Source: Nitrososphaera viennensis EN76
GTDB lineage: Archaea; Thermoproteota; Nitrososphaeria; Nitrososphaerales; Nitrososphaeraceae
Assembly (NCBI RefSeq): GCF_000698785.1
Contig: NZ_CP007536.1
Coordinates: 60,001-92,000 of the forward strand
DNA: 32,000 nucleotides
Direction of reading: 5' to 3'
The notes beneath the pieces are model-generated. The model was not told where the DNA came from and did not search any database. It saw only the letters and a program-made list of their open reading frames with translations. Positions 16,736 to 25,000 of this stretch are shown in pieces; the stretch's first letter is position 1, and every line of letters begins with the position of its first letter. Position numbers and translations under genes: made by a program.

Positions 16736-16775
16736 GTTCGCACAATTGAACAATTGGCTGTTCGCAAAACTGAAC
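16736..16775. promoter_or_regulatory. two 16-bp GTTC-N8-GAAC operator-like repeats in a divergent promoter region
   Basis: gttcgcacaattgaac (16736-16751) and gttcgcaaaactgaac (16760-16775), 24-nt period. They lie between the TrmB gene TATA (tttatattaa, 19 nt from its ATG) and the metalloprotease TATA-like caatatta. Confidence 0.45.
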
Positions 16776-16792
16776 ATACTAGACAATATTAG

Positions 16793-17533
16793 TTGTTTGG
16801 CCTTTCTGGAGATGTGTTGGCTGTATCCAGTGCATGGCTTTTTGTACTGATTGCCCCACTTTTGGCCATGCTGCCAGCGGCTACTACCATCATCACCACG
16901 TCGGTGCCAACAACCTACGAGAGCATCGAGTTCCTCGAAGGAATCGCAGGACGCCCTGCCGCAGAAGACGGCCATCATTACACCATAGCCACTCGGGCAT
17001 TCTGGCTGGACAAGCCAAGCCTTGCGATATCGGTCTCTTCCGAAGGGGCAAGCGATGATGCCGTCCAGAGCGTAAAGGGCATGATATCGGGCAACACGAC
17101 AATGTCTGGCCCGTACTCGCAGTGGAACGATCTCCTTTCCGTATTCCAGCAGTCACCAGTCCCGCGCTTTGCGCTTGCAGACGACGACAGTACAGGCGCA
17201 AACATCAAGGTGGTGTTGACAGACGCCGCACACGAGGACAGCAAGCCGGGCAAGACCCGTCTCCTTGCCGACAAGGCGACCAGCGAGATTGTACAGGCCG
17301 AAGTATACGTCTATTCTGCCGACAGTCTTCGCGAGCAGGGCATGCTCGAGTACGTGGTGGCGCATGAACTTGGCCATGCACTCGGGCTGTCGCACTCGAC
17401 TGACCCGCAAAGCATGATGTATCCCTTGATAGAACTTCAGGACGGCCACGTTGTAAACCGCCTCGGGTCATGCGAGGCAGAAGGGATATCTGCACTATAC
17501 CTTGAATCAAGGATAGGAAGCGAAGACTGCTAA
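16793..17533 (+). CDS. secreted matrixin-like zinc metalloprotease (M10-type)
   Basis: HELGHALGLSH zinc motif followed by a Met-turn SMMYP. N-terminal hydrophobic signal or anchor. The real start is possibly GTG 16814. Confidence 0.85.
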   Translation: MFGLSGDVLAVSSAWLFVLIAPLLAMLPAATTIITTSVPTTYESIEFLEGIAGRPAAEDGHHYTIATRAFWLDKPSLAISVSSEGASDDAVQSVKGMISGNTTMSGPYSQWNDLLSVFQQSPVPRFALADDDSTGANIKVVLTDAAHEDSKPGKTRLLADKATSEIVQAEVYVYSADSLREQGMLEYVVAHELGHALGLSHSTDPQSMMYPLIELQDGHVVNRLGSCEAEGISALYLESRIGSEDC

Positions 17534-17541
17534 AAAATCAT

Positions 17542-18717
17542 TTATCCTGTTGCGCCAGAGTCGCCCGAGCTGCTCCCTGTATCATTGCTGCCTGAGCCGG
17601 ATCCGCTAGCGCCGGAACTGCCTGATTCACCAGAATTTGCACTGCTTGAATCGGATGGGCTTGCGGCACCCGAGTCGCTAGCACTCGAATCAGAACTGGC
17701 AGAGCCTCCACCTGCTGCGCTATCGCCGGATGAGCTGCTTCCCGCATCACCAGAGTTTGTGCCAGATGAAGATGAATCAGAGCTGTTCGAATCGTCTGGA
17801 CTCGTGCTATCTGAAGAATCCGATGGGCTCGTATTGTTTGAATCGCTAGAACTAGACTCCGAGCTGGCAGCAGGATTGTTGTCACTTGGGGAAGAACTGC
17901 TATCGCCGGAACCGCCCGCTCCATCTTCTGAGTTTGGCTGCTCGCTTCCGGGCTGCGATGCCTGTTCGCCAGAAGCCTGCTGTTGCTCTCCATTGCTTTC
18001 TGTTCTTGGCTGCTGTTGTTCTGCTGGAGGGGCTTCAGGGCTCTGTTCGCTCGGCTGTTCAACTGGCGAAGCTGCTGGCTGCTGAGGCTGTTGTGAAGGC
18101 GGTATTTCTACTGGCGCCTGCGATGTTACGAACACTATTTCGGCATGGTTGTTGCCCGGGTTGGCGTCTTCTGTTATCGAGGACGCGTCTGCCGTGATTA
18201 TTGCCTGCTGGTCCGGCTGCAAAGGCGTCGCATCGATGGTTATGCGCGCCTCGCCGCCAGACTCGATGGTGCCAAGGTAGCATTCGATTATGCCTCTGGC
18301 CTGGTCCGTGCATTGGGCCCCGTCGATAAAGTTCACACGGAATAACGACATCTGGTAATAGGTTGACAGCTTGACCCCTACTGCGCTGTCAGGCCCTGCG
18401 TTTCGTGCCACCAGGCTGATGAGCGTCGTCTGGCCCGACTGGCCGCTAGACAGGTCTATTGAAAGAGAAGTTTCCGAAGCCTTGGCCACTACTATCTGGC
18501 TTGGCGATGATGCAGACGCGCCCTGCTGCTGCATCTTCAGGTCGTTGATCTGCGACTGCAGCGAGTCCGTCTTGGTCTGGAGCTCTCCGATTGCCTCCCA
18601 GATTGCCCTGAAAGGATTGGTGGAAGAGTCGTCGGCAAAGGCAAACGAGCCCTGCGATATGGTTGCGCCTATGATAAAAGCAAGCACAACAAAAGCTATA
18701 GGCTTGTTTAGCTTCAC
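17542..18717 (-). CDS. secreted DUF11-like repeat-domain protein with a long Ser/Gly/Asp-rich tail
   Basis: Signal peptide MKLNKPIAFVVLAFIIGATISQGSFAFA. Coiled-coil segment. DUF11-like core NAGPDSAVGVKL...CYLGTIESGGEARITI...DANPGNNHA. The last roughly 190 aa are low complexity. Confidence 0.8.
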   Translation of the reverse strand: MKLNKPIAFVVLAFIIGATISQGSFAFADDSSTNPFRAIWEAIGELQTKTDSLQSQINDLKMQQQGASASSPSQIVVAKASETSLSIDLSSGQSGQTTLISLVARNAGPDSAVGVKLSTYYQMSLFRVNFIDGAQCTDQARGIIECYLGTIESGGEARITIDATPLQPDQQAIITADASSITEDANPGNNHAEIVFVTSQAPVEIPPSQQPQQPAASPVEQPSEQSPEAPPAEQQQPRTESNGEQQQASGEQASQPGSEQPNSEDGAGGSGDSSSSPSDNNPAASSESSSSDSNNTSPSDSSDSTSPDDSNSSDSSSSGTNSGDAGSSSSGDSAAGGGSASSDSSASDSGAASPSDSSSANSGESGSSGASGSGSGSNDTGSSSGDSGATG

Positions 18718-18736
18718 ACCTGTATAATGGAGTGGT

Positions 18737-18764
18737 TATTATTTAAATCTATCTTTAAATCTTA
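18737..18764 (-). promoter_or_regulatory. two-box promoter of 17542..18717
   Basis: Gene-sense AAGATTTAAAGATAGATTTAAATAATAA. AAATAATA ends 19 nt before the GTG start. Confidence 0.65.
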
Positions 18765-19559
18765 GGGTGTCTTTGTGCCTACGAACAGGCAATGAGGCGC
18801 GCCGGTTGCCCTGCATCTGGTCTCTGTGACGCGCCAGCTTCCGCCCATCGAGTGCGCTGCTGCAGCTGCCAGTGCTCCTGCCACAAAGTCGTCCACCGGC
18901 GCCTTCTCTGCCACCACCTCTTCTGCCAGGATAGAGTCGTACCACGCGACTTCGATCGCGTTTTCTTCCATGGCGATTATCTCGAACCTCCCCCATCCCT
19001 TCAGCTTCCACAGCAGCAGGAACGATTCGATAAAGTCGCTCTGCGTCTTTTTTGCGACTTCGTCGACCAGCTTGTTGACCTCGTTTGCATAGTCCTTGCC
19101 CCACTCGTAAAAGAACGCGTGCACTTCCGTGCCGATTATTGATTTTGTGTATTTGTACAGGTTTGACAGCATGGAAGTCGGCATGACCATGACGCGCTTG
19201 CCGTCTGCCTCAAAGAGCCTGTTGTTTTCCTCAAGGAGCGACACCGCGTAGTCTTTAAATGTCGCTTCCTCGTCCGACTCGCCTATCTTGTCTGCAAGTA
19301 TGCCCGCCCTGTCCGACTGGCTCACAAGCTTCCACAGCTTGGCGACTCCGACCTTGCGGCTGGTGATGATGCCGTCCACCTTGAGCATCGACAAATACTT
19401 GGACATGGCGCCCTGCGTGATGCCTACGAGTTCTGCGATCCTGGCTCCCGTGAGCCCTTCCGGGTGGCCGTCGAGGACCTTGGCTACTTCTTCCTTGATA
19501 AAACCATAGTCCTGCCATCTTCGCCTGGATTGGGCATTCTCTGCATCTGAACTCTGCAC
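18762..19559 (-). CDS. HTH + V4R-domain transcriptional regulator
   Basis: 265-aa ORF. wHTH LTGARIAELVGITQGAMSKYLSMLKVDGIITSRKVG. C-terminal V4R-like GWGRFEI...FVAGALAAAAAHSMGGSWRVTETRCRATGAPHCLF. Confidence 0.85.
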   Translation of the reverse strand: MQSSDAENAQSRRRWQDYGFIKEEVAKVLDGHPEGLTGARIAELVGITQGAMSKYLSMLKVDGIITSRKVGVAKLWKLVSQSDRAGILADKIGESDEEATFKDYAVSLLEENNRLFEADGKRVMVMPTSMLSNLYKYTKSIIGTEVHAFFYEWGKDYANEVNKLVDEVAKKTQSDFIESFLLLWKLKGWGRFEIIAMEENAIEVAWYDSILAEEVVAEKAPVDDFVAGALAAAAAHSMGGSWRVTETRCRATGAPHCLFVGTKTP

Positions 19560-19567
19560 GTCGGTCG

Positions 19568-19589
19568 TATTAAATATAGATTTAAATCC
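19568..19589 (-). promoter_or_regulatory. promoter of the V4R regulator gene (variant of the island motif)
   Basis: Gene-sense GGATTTAAATCTATATTTAATAC. ATTTAAAT ends 20 nt before the GTG start. Confidence 0.5.
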
Positions 19590-19666
19590 TTTTTAAGAGT
19601 TTGCCTTTAAATTCGTGTACAAGAGCAGTATTGGTGTCATCTCAAGCTGCCTGACTGGCAATTATG

Positions 19667-19858
19667 CTAGGTGCTTCCCTTCAAGCCGAGGTTTTCGTTC
19701 AGGTCTAGCGTAAGATTCTTGCCTGTACTTGTAGGTGGCAGGGTGTCGTCGCTGTTGTTGCCGTCCTGCTGGCTTGGGACAAGAGCTATCGCGCCTATAA
19801 TCGCAGCTACTGCTATTATGCCTGCGACAACCAGCGCGATCGTCAAGCTCTTTTGCAT
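19667..19858 (-). CDS. small membrane protein
   Basis: 63-aa ORF with an N-terminal TM (LTIALVVAGIIAVAAIIGAIALV). Single TATA box tttttaaataac upstream. Confidence 0.5.
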   Translation of the reverse strand: MQKSLTIALVVAGIIAVAAIIGAIALVPSQQDGNNSDDTLPPTSTGKNLTLDLNENLGLKGST

Positions 19859-19909
19859 CGTGCAGGCTGCGCCTCTTTGTTATTTAAAAATATGCTGAAA
19901 CAAATTTTG

Positions 19910-19930
19910 AAAAAGAAAATAAGGAAAAAA
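19910..19930 (-). terminator. oligo-T terminator downstream of 19956..20528
   Basis: The minus strand reads cccttttttccttattttctttttc, starting about 25 nt after the stop codon. Confidence 0.55.
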
Positions 19931-19955
19931 GGGAGACCCGGGCTTTAACTCGTTT

Positions 19956-20528
19956 TTATGACAGAGTTATTGTCCAGGTGATTGTCAGTTGGTCGCCGCT
20001 TGCCAGGCTCACTGCAGTAAAGGTGTTCTCGGCCATCATTGTTCCGCCGGATGAAGCGGTGAAGAGGCCTGCCTTCTGGACGTTGGTGTGTGTTGCAGAT
20101 GCAGTGAATGTGTTGGAGACGGTGAATGTGTTGGTTCCAGAAGTATGTGCATATGTTCCGCTGGCCCTTGCAAGGCCACCAGAAGTGATCTCGCTTGCCA
20201 GTGTTGTATCAGTTGCGGCCGGGGCTGTGCCATCGGTTGTCAGTGCAATGTAGTGTGCGCCTTCTGATGCAAGGCCTGTTGATGCGCCGATCTGCTGTGC
20301 AATAAAGTCCTTGCCTGCGTTGGTGATCAGGTTGTGATCCTCGCTGTGGTAGATTTCCTGACCGTCCCTTGTCACGCTAACAACGACGTAACCGTGAGGA
20401 GTCAGGCCATCGGTGGTGACGTTTTGAGCTCCAACAAGAGCAGAACTGGGAATCACAAAGACCATCAGTGCGGCCAGTGCGATGCCAGGTACTGCACCCA
20501 TCAGGAGGCTCTTGTTTGGCTGTGCCAT
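19956..20528 (-). CDS. membrane-anchored/secreted beta-rich protein, paralogue A (TWTITLS family)
   Basis: 190-aa ORF. N-terminal hydrophobic segment. Shares NLI..AG, YIAL, T.L.SE.T.G, GG.M.A..TF and GD.LT.TWTITLS with 21184..21774. Confidence 0.75.
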   Translation of the reverse strand: MAQPNKSLLMGAVPGIALAALMVFVIPSSALVGAQNVTTDGLTPHGYVVVSVTRDGQEIYHSEDHNLITNAGKDFIAQQIGASTGLASEGAHYIALTTDGTAPAATDTTLASEITSGGLARASGTYAHTSGTNTFTVSNTFTASATHTNVQKAGLFTASSGGTMMAENTFTAVSLASGDQLTITWTITLS

Positions 20529-20546
20529 ACCACCCCTTAGAACTCT

Positions 20547-20573
20547 CTATTATTTAAATCTACTTTTAAATTA
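20547..20573 (-). promoter_or_regulatory. two-box promoter of 19956..20528
   Basis: Gene-sense TAATTTAAAAGTAGATTTAAATAATAG. AAATAATA ends 19 nt before the ATG. Confidence 0.65.
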
Positions 20574-20630
20574 TAGAAGGAAAGACTGTAGTATCTGTAT
20601 ATGGGGACAGACGCTTATAAAGTCCGTGCA

Positions 20631-21074
20631 TTACCCTTCTACTTCAAACATTTTTGTGACGTGCGCTTCCCTGTTGTCGACGAGGTCCTTGAACGTGATG
20701 TCGACGGTGTACGCGCCAGCTTTTCCCATGACTTCGCTTCCATAGTCAAACGACCGAGTAAAGTTGTACTGGCCGTGCGTGATGGTCATGAACCTGCAGT
20801 CGTCTACCTTTTTGTAGTACGACGCGCGCTGGCCGTCTTGCATAGCTTCAACTTCTAGCGAATGGCAGTTGGAGCCATACCCGTTTGCAGTAACTGCAAA
20901 GTTTGCAGTTTCTCCTGCTGCGTATTTCTCCTTCAGGCCGTCAACCTGCAGCGCAATCGGAGTAAAGTACGGTACGGCGATCACGTGCGTCTGCGCAAGC
21001 GCGACAAACATCGCAAATACTGCTGCGGCAGCTCCTCCTACTGCTGCAATTGCATGTTGCCTTGTCCGCGACAT
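20631..21074 (-). CDS. membrane-anchored small protein
   Basis: 147-aa ORF. N-terminal TM AIAAVGGAAAAVFAMFVALA, then a beta-rich domain. Single TATA-like aaattaaatagg upstream. Confidence 0.68.
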   Translation of the reverse strand: MSRTRQHAIAAVGGAAAAVFAMFVALAQTHVIAVPYFTPIALQVDGLKEKYAAGETANFAVTANGYGSNCHSLEVEAMQDGQRASYYKKVDDCRFMTITHGQYNFTRSFDYGSEVMGKAGAYTVDITFKDLVDNREAHVTKMFEVEG

Positions 21075-21137
21075 CGATCTTCAAGCGCTCCCGCCTATTT
21101 AATTTCCTTACTTGTTAATTACGGGTAATTCGCATAT

Positions 21138-21165
21138 GGAATTTAAATATAGATTTAAATAATAC
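21138..21165 (+). promoter_or_regulatory. two-box promoter of 21184..21774
   Basis: GGAATTTAAATATAGATTTAAATAATAC. AAATAATA ends 19 nt before the GTG start. Confidence 0.65.
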
Positions 21166-21183
21166 GAGTTTCTTTTACAGGGC

Positions 21184-21774
21184 GTGAACCGCAGGCTTGT
21201 GCCTATTGTAGCGGCTGCCGGTATTTCAATGATTGTGATAGGGTTTGCCCTGCCGGCGATCGCAAGCATAGTCGCAGGCGGGCGGCAAGCGACAGAAGGT
21301 CTAGGCCTCCGGGGAAACGTGGACATGATCCTGTACGACCAGTCCGGAAACGTCAAGGACGAGCGCCACATCGACAACCTCATCGTAAGCGCCGGGGTGG
21401 AAGGCGTGGCCTCAAGAATCGCGCCACATGATGGCTCTGTAAACCCTACTGCGCCGTACAACTATATCGCGCTAGGCACAAGCAACACCGCAGTTGACGC
21501 AAGCCAGACTGCACTTTCTGCAGAGCTTACAACCGGTGCAAACTATGCGCGCATACAGGACGGAACAGCGATATACTCGACGGCGTCCGGCAACAAGCTC
21601 ATCCTTTCAGTGACGTTTGGGCCTGGGCAGGCCACGGGCACGCTGCGTGAAAGCGGCATCTTTAATTCTGCAACCGGCGGCAACATGCTTGCAAGGCAGA
21701 CCTTTGCAGACATTCAAAAGGCCGCCGGCGACACGCTGACGGTCACCTGGACTATTACGTTAAGCCCGACCTAG
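21184..21774 (+). CDS. membrane-anchored/secreted beta-rich protein, paralogue B (TWTITLS family)
   Basis: 196-aa ORF. N-terminal hydrophobic segment VPIVAAAGISMIVIGFALPAIASIV. The C-terminal TLTVTWTITLSPT matches paralogue A. Confidence 0.75.
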   Translation: MNRRLVPIVAAAGISMIVIGFALPAIASIVAGGRQATEGLGLRGNVDMILYDQSGNVKDERHIDNLIVSAGVEGVASRIAPHDGSVNPTAPYNYIALGTSNTAVDASQTALSAELTTGANYARIQDGTAIYSTASGNKLILSVTFGPGQATGTLRESGIFNSATGGNMLARQTFADIQKAAGDTLTVTWTITLSPT

Positions 21775-21793
21775 CCCTTGAATCTGCTGTATG

Positions 21794-21828
21794 TTTTTGC
21801 TGCGTAAAACGTCCTGCAGACTTTTTTT
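21794..21828 (+). terminator. oligo-T terminator region
   Basis: T5 at 21794-21798 and T7 at 21822-21828, 20-50 nt after the stop of 21184..21774. A short cgtcc/ggacg stem flanks the T7 run. Confidence 0.5.
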
Positions 21829-21993
21829 GCGGACGCGTTGACAGCATCATATGATTTACAGCCGGCAGCCGTCGACTTCTTAAGCTTGCCTTCTAGAATC
21901 TTGTTACTGGGCTATTCTTCTCGTATGATAGCTCTATAGAATTTTTACTCCTTTTTGGGAGACCTGTTTTCCATTATCACTAAATTTAAGGAC

Positions 21994-22020
21994 AGATTTA
22001 AACATACATTTAAATAATAA
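21994..22020 (+). promoter_or_regulatory. two-box promoter of 22039..26082
   Basis: AGATTTAAACATACATTTAAATAATAA. AAATAATA ends 19 nt before the GTG start. A third AAATTTAAG box lies at 21982-21990. Confidence 0.65.
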
Positions 22021-22038
22021 CTTCTATACGGAATACCC

Positions 22039-25000
22039 GTGACTATGGCCACGGCCGACGGTACAAGAAGAAGCTACGCCACAAAGACGGTATCCGTGAT
22101 GGTACTTGCAATTCTTGCAACTTCTGCATTTACTACAATAATTCCCGGTGCGGCTTTTGCCGTGACCGACCCGTCTGCGTCGATGAACCTGTGGTCGCCA
22201 CACTCTGACACGGGCAACGATGGCACCCCGACCAGCACGTTCACCTTCTCTGCTGACGCCACGGCAAGCGCAGGCCTGCAGAGGATAGAATGGGACTTTG
22301 ACGGCGACGGCGCCGCGGACACCACGACTCCGATTTCCGGCGCACCCAACCACGTCAATGGCGTGACTGCGACTCATATCTATGGCGACGAGAATGTTTT
22401 CTGGCCGCAGGTAAGATCCGTCGACATGAACAACGCTGTCTCTGACTGGAACAGGTACAGCGTTGGCGGAAGCGACGTTCCACTTGACGTTTTCTGGCCG
22501 CCGCCCATGATAACGATGCTTGCATGGCAGCCATTTACTGCAGACATTGGCACGCCAATTACATTTTCAGCTACTGCCTTTAACGAAGTGGGCGTGCAGC
22601 AATTCCACTGGGACTTTGACGGCGACGGAGAGGCAGATGATGCTACCCCTGCAGTGCCATTTGGTGCCCAGGATGCTTCTGGATCCATAACCCATACGTA
22701 CACTGGCGCAATCTCTGCATTTCCTGCTGTGAGGGCCCTTGACAACGACGGCTTTGTGTCCGAATGGGACGTGTACGACATCAACGGCCAGCCAGTCCAG
22801 ATAGTGATCGGGAGCTCTTCTGTGCCGACGGCAACCATGAACCAGTGGAATCCCTATTCAGCTTCTGGCTTTGACGGCCTTCCGAACACTTCGTTTACAT
22901 TTTCTGCGTCAGGCACTGGCGACGCTGGCATCGCCCGCGTCGAGTGGGACTTTAACGGCGACGGCGTCGTCGACGAGACGACTCCCATAAGCGGGTCTCC
23001 TACTTCTGTCAATGGCATAACCGCCACACACGTTTACAATAATGCTGGCCAATGGACGCCGCAGGTGAGGGTAGTAGATGTCAACAACCTTCCGTCTCCG
23101 TGGGCGGCCTTTATGGTGAGCGGGTCGCCAGTCAGCCTTGATACCTCCGCACCCATGATGAATCCTGTTCTGACCTTTTTGCCCCGCGCGCCTTCTGACA
23201 TTGGATCCGACGGCAACACTGCGACCGTCTTTACATTCACAACGACATTTAGCAACGTGCCTGTGAGCTTCAAGTGGGACTTTAACGGCGACGGTGTGAC
23301 CGACGCGACAACGACGCAGCCTACCGCAACTCACACCTATCCTGCCGCCGGCTCATACCTGCCGACCGTTACGGTGGTAGACGAGTGGGGAACAACAGAG
23401 CTGGCCTACCCGCTCAATTCTTCCGGCCAGTGGGAAGACGTGGATGTATCGCCGATGGCCCCGACCGCGACCATGAACCAGTGGAGCCCGTACAGCGCTT
23501 CAAGCGCCGACGGAGACAAGAACACCGTCTTTACGCTATCTGCAGACGCCACCGCGCCCGGCGGAATCGCCAGTCTTGAATGGGACTTTAACAGCGACGG
23601 AACCGTCGATATAACAACACCGGTCTCTGGCGCTCCGCAGTCCGTGACTGCCGTTACTGCGACGTACGTTTACGGCGCAGATGGAAATTACACTCCCAAG
23701 GTCAGGGCAGTGGACACGACAGGCCAGACCTCAGCGTGGGACGCTTACAACATTGCCCTCGTGACGCCCGTGCTTGATGTCGTGACGCCAGCGCCAGTAG
23801 CCACGATGAACCAGTGGTCGCCGTTTACGTCAACTGGACCCGACGGCTATACCACTACAACCTTTACACTTTCTGCCAACGCGACTTCCGTCGTCGGCAT
23901 CGACAGGCTCGAATGGGACTTTGACGGAAACGGCAGCGTGGACGCTACAACTGACTTTAATGGAGAAACTTCCGTATCAAGCGCAACCAAGACCCACGTC
24001 TACGGCGCGGTAGGAAGCTATACTCCAAAGGTGAGGACTGTCGACACTGACGGCCAATCCTCCGCATGGGACGCCTACAACTCGGGCTCGACAGTTCCGA
24101 CGCTTGACGTCGCTACCTCGCCTGCAAACAGCGCGCCTGTGGCAAACGCAGGCCCGGACCAGACGGTGGTCCTTGGAAGCACGGTGACGCTTGACGGCAC
24201 TGGAAGCAGCGACCCTGACTCTGGCGACACGCTGACATACACCTGGTCGCAGAACTCTGGCCCGATATCAGTCGCGCTAAACACTGCAAACCCTGCCAAG
24301 CCGACGTTTACGGCGACGCCCGCCGGAACGTACGTGTTTGAGCTGAAGGTCAAGGACAGCATTGGTGCACAGAGCACACCGGACACCATCGTGGTGACAG
24401 TCGTGAGCGCGCCCGTGGCCACGCTAGGCCAGTGGAGCCCGTACTCGGCGTCCGGCCCTGACGGCACATCTGCAACAGTCTTTACATTCTCGGCTAACGC
24501 TTCTGCCTCTGCAGGCATTGCGCGCCTTGAATGGGACTTTGACGGAAACGGCAGCGTGGACGCAACATCTGCGATAACCGGCGCTCCGACCACCGTAACC
24601 GGCGCAACCAAGACCTTTACTTACGGCGCCGACGGCACTTATACTCCAAAGGTGCGCGCGGTGGATGCGGGCAACAACTTGTCTGCATGGGACGCGTTCA
24701 ACTTGGGAAGCACGATAATCCAGCTTGACGTGGCAACACCGCAGCAGACAGGCGACCTGTACTGCAACGGCAAGACGATCGAGCAGCTGATCGCATCGCA
24801 CCAGTACAACGTGATTGACAAGAGGAACACTGGTGCCGTCAATATTTACGGGACAAGCGGAAACGACCTGATACTTGGCAACAACCTCTCTAACTACATC
24901 GACGGCAAGGGTGGCGACGACTGCATAATCGCCTTTGGAGGCGACGACACAGTTTATGACTATAACGGCGACAGCAGCAACGGCGGCACGGACTGGCTCT

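Noticed and set aside
17538-18313. Multiple 84-174-aa ORFs in other frames and strands over the DUF11-protein tail (17538..18062-, 17585..18085+, 17886..18197+, 18059..18313-)
   Set aside because: These are artefacts of low-complexity Ser/Gly/Asp codon repeats. Only the 17542..18717(-) frame has a signal peptide, a domain core and a promoter.
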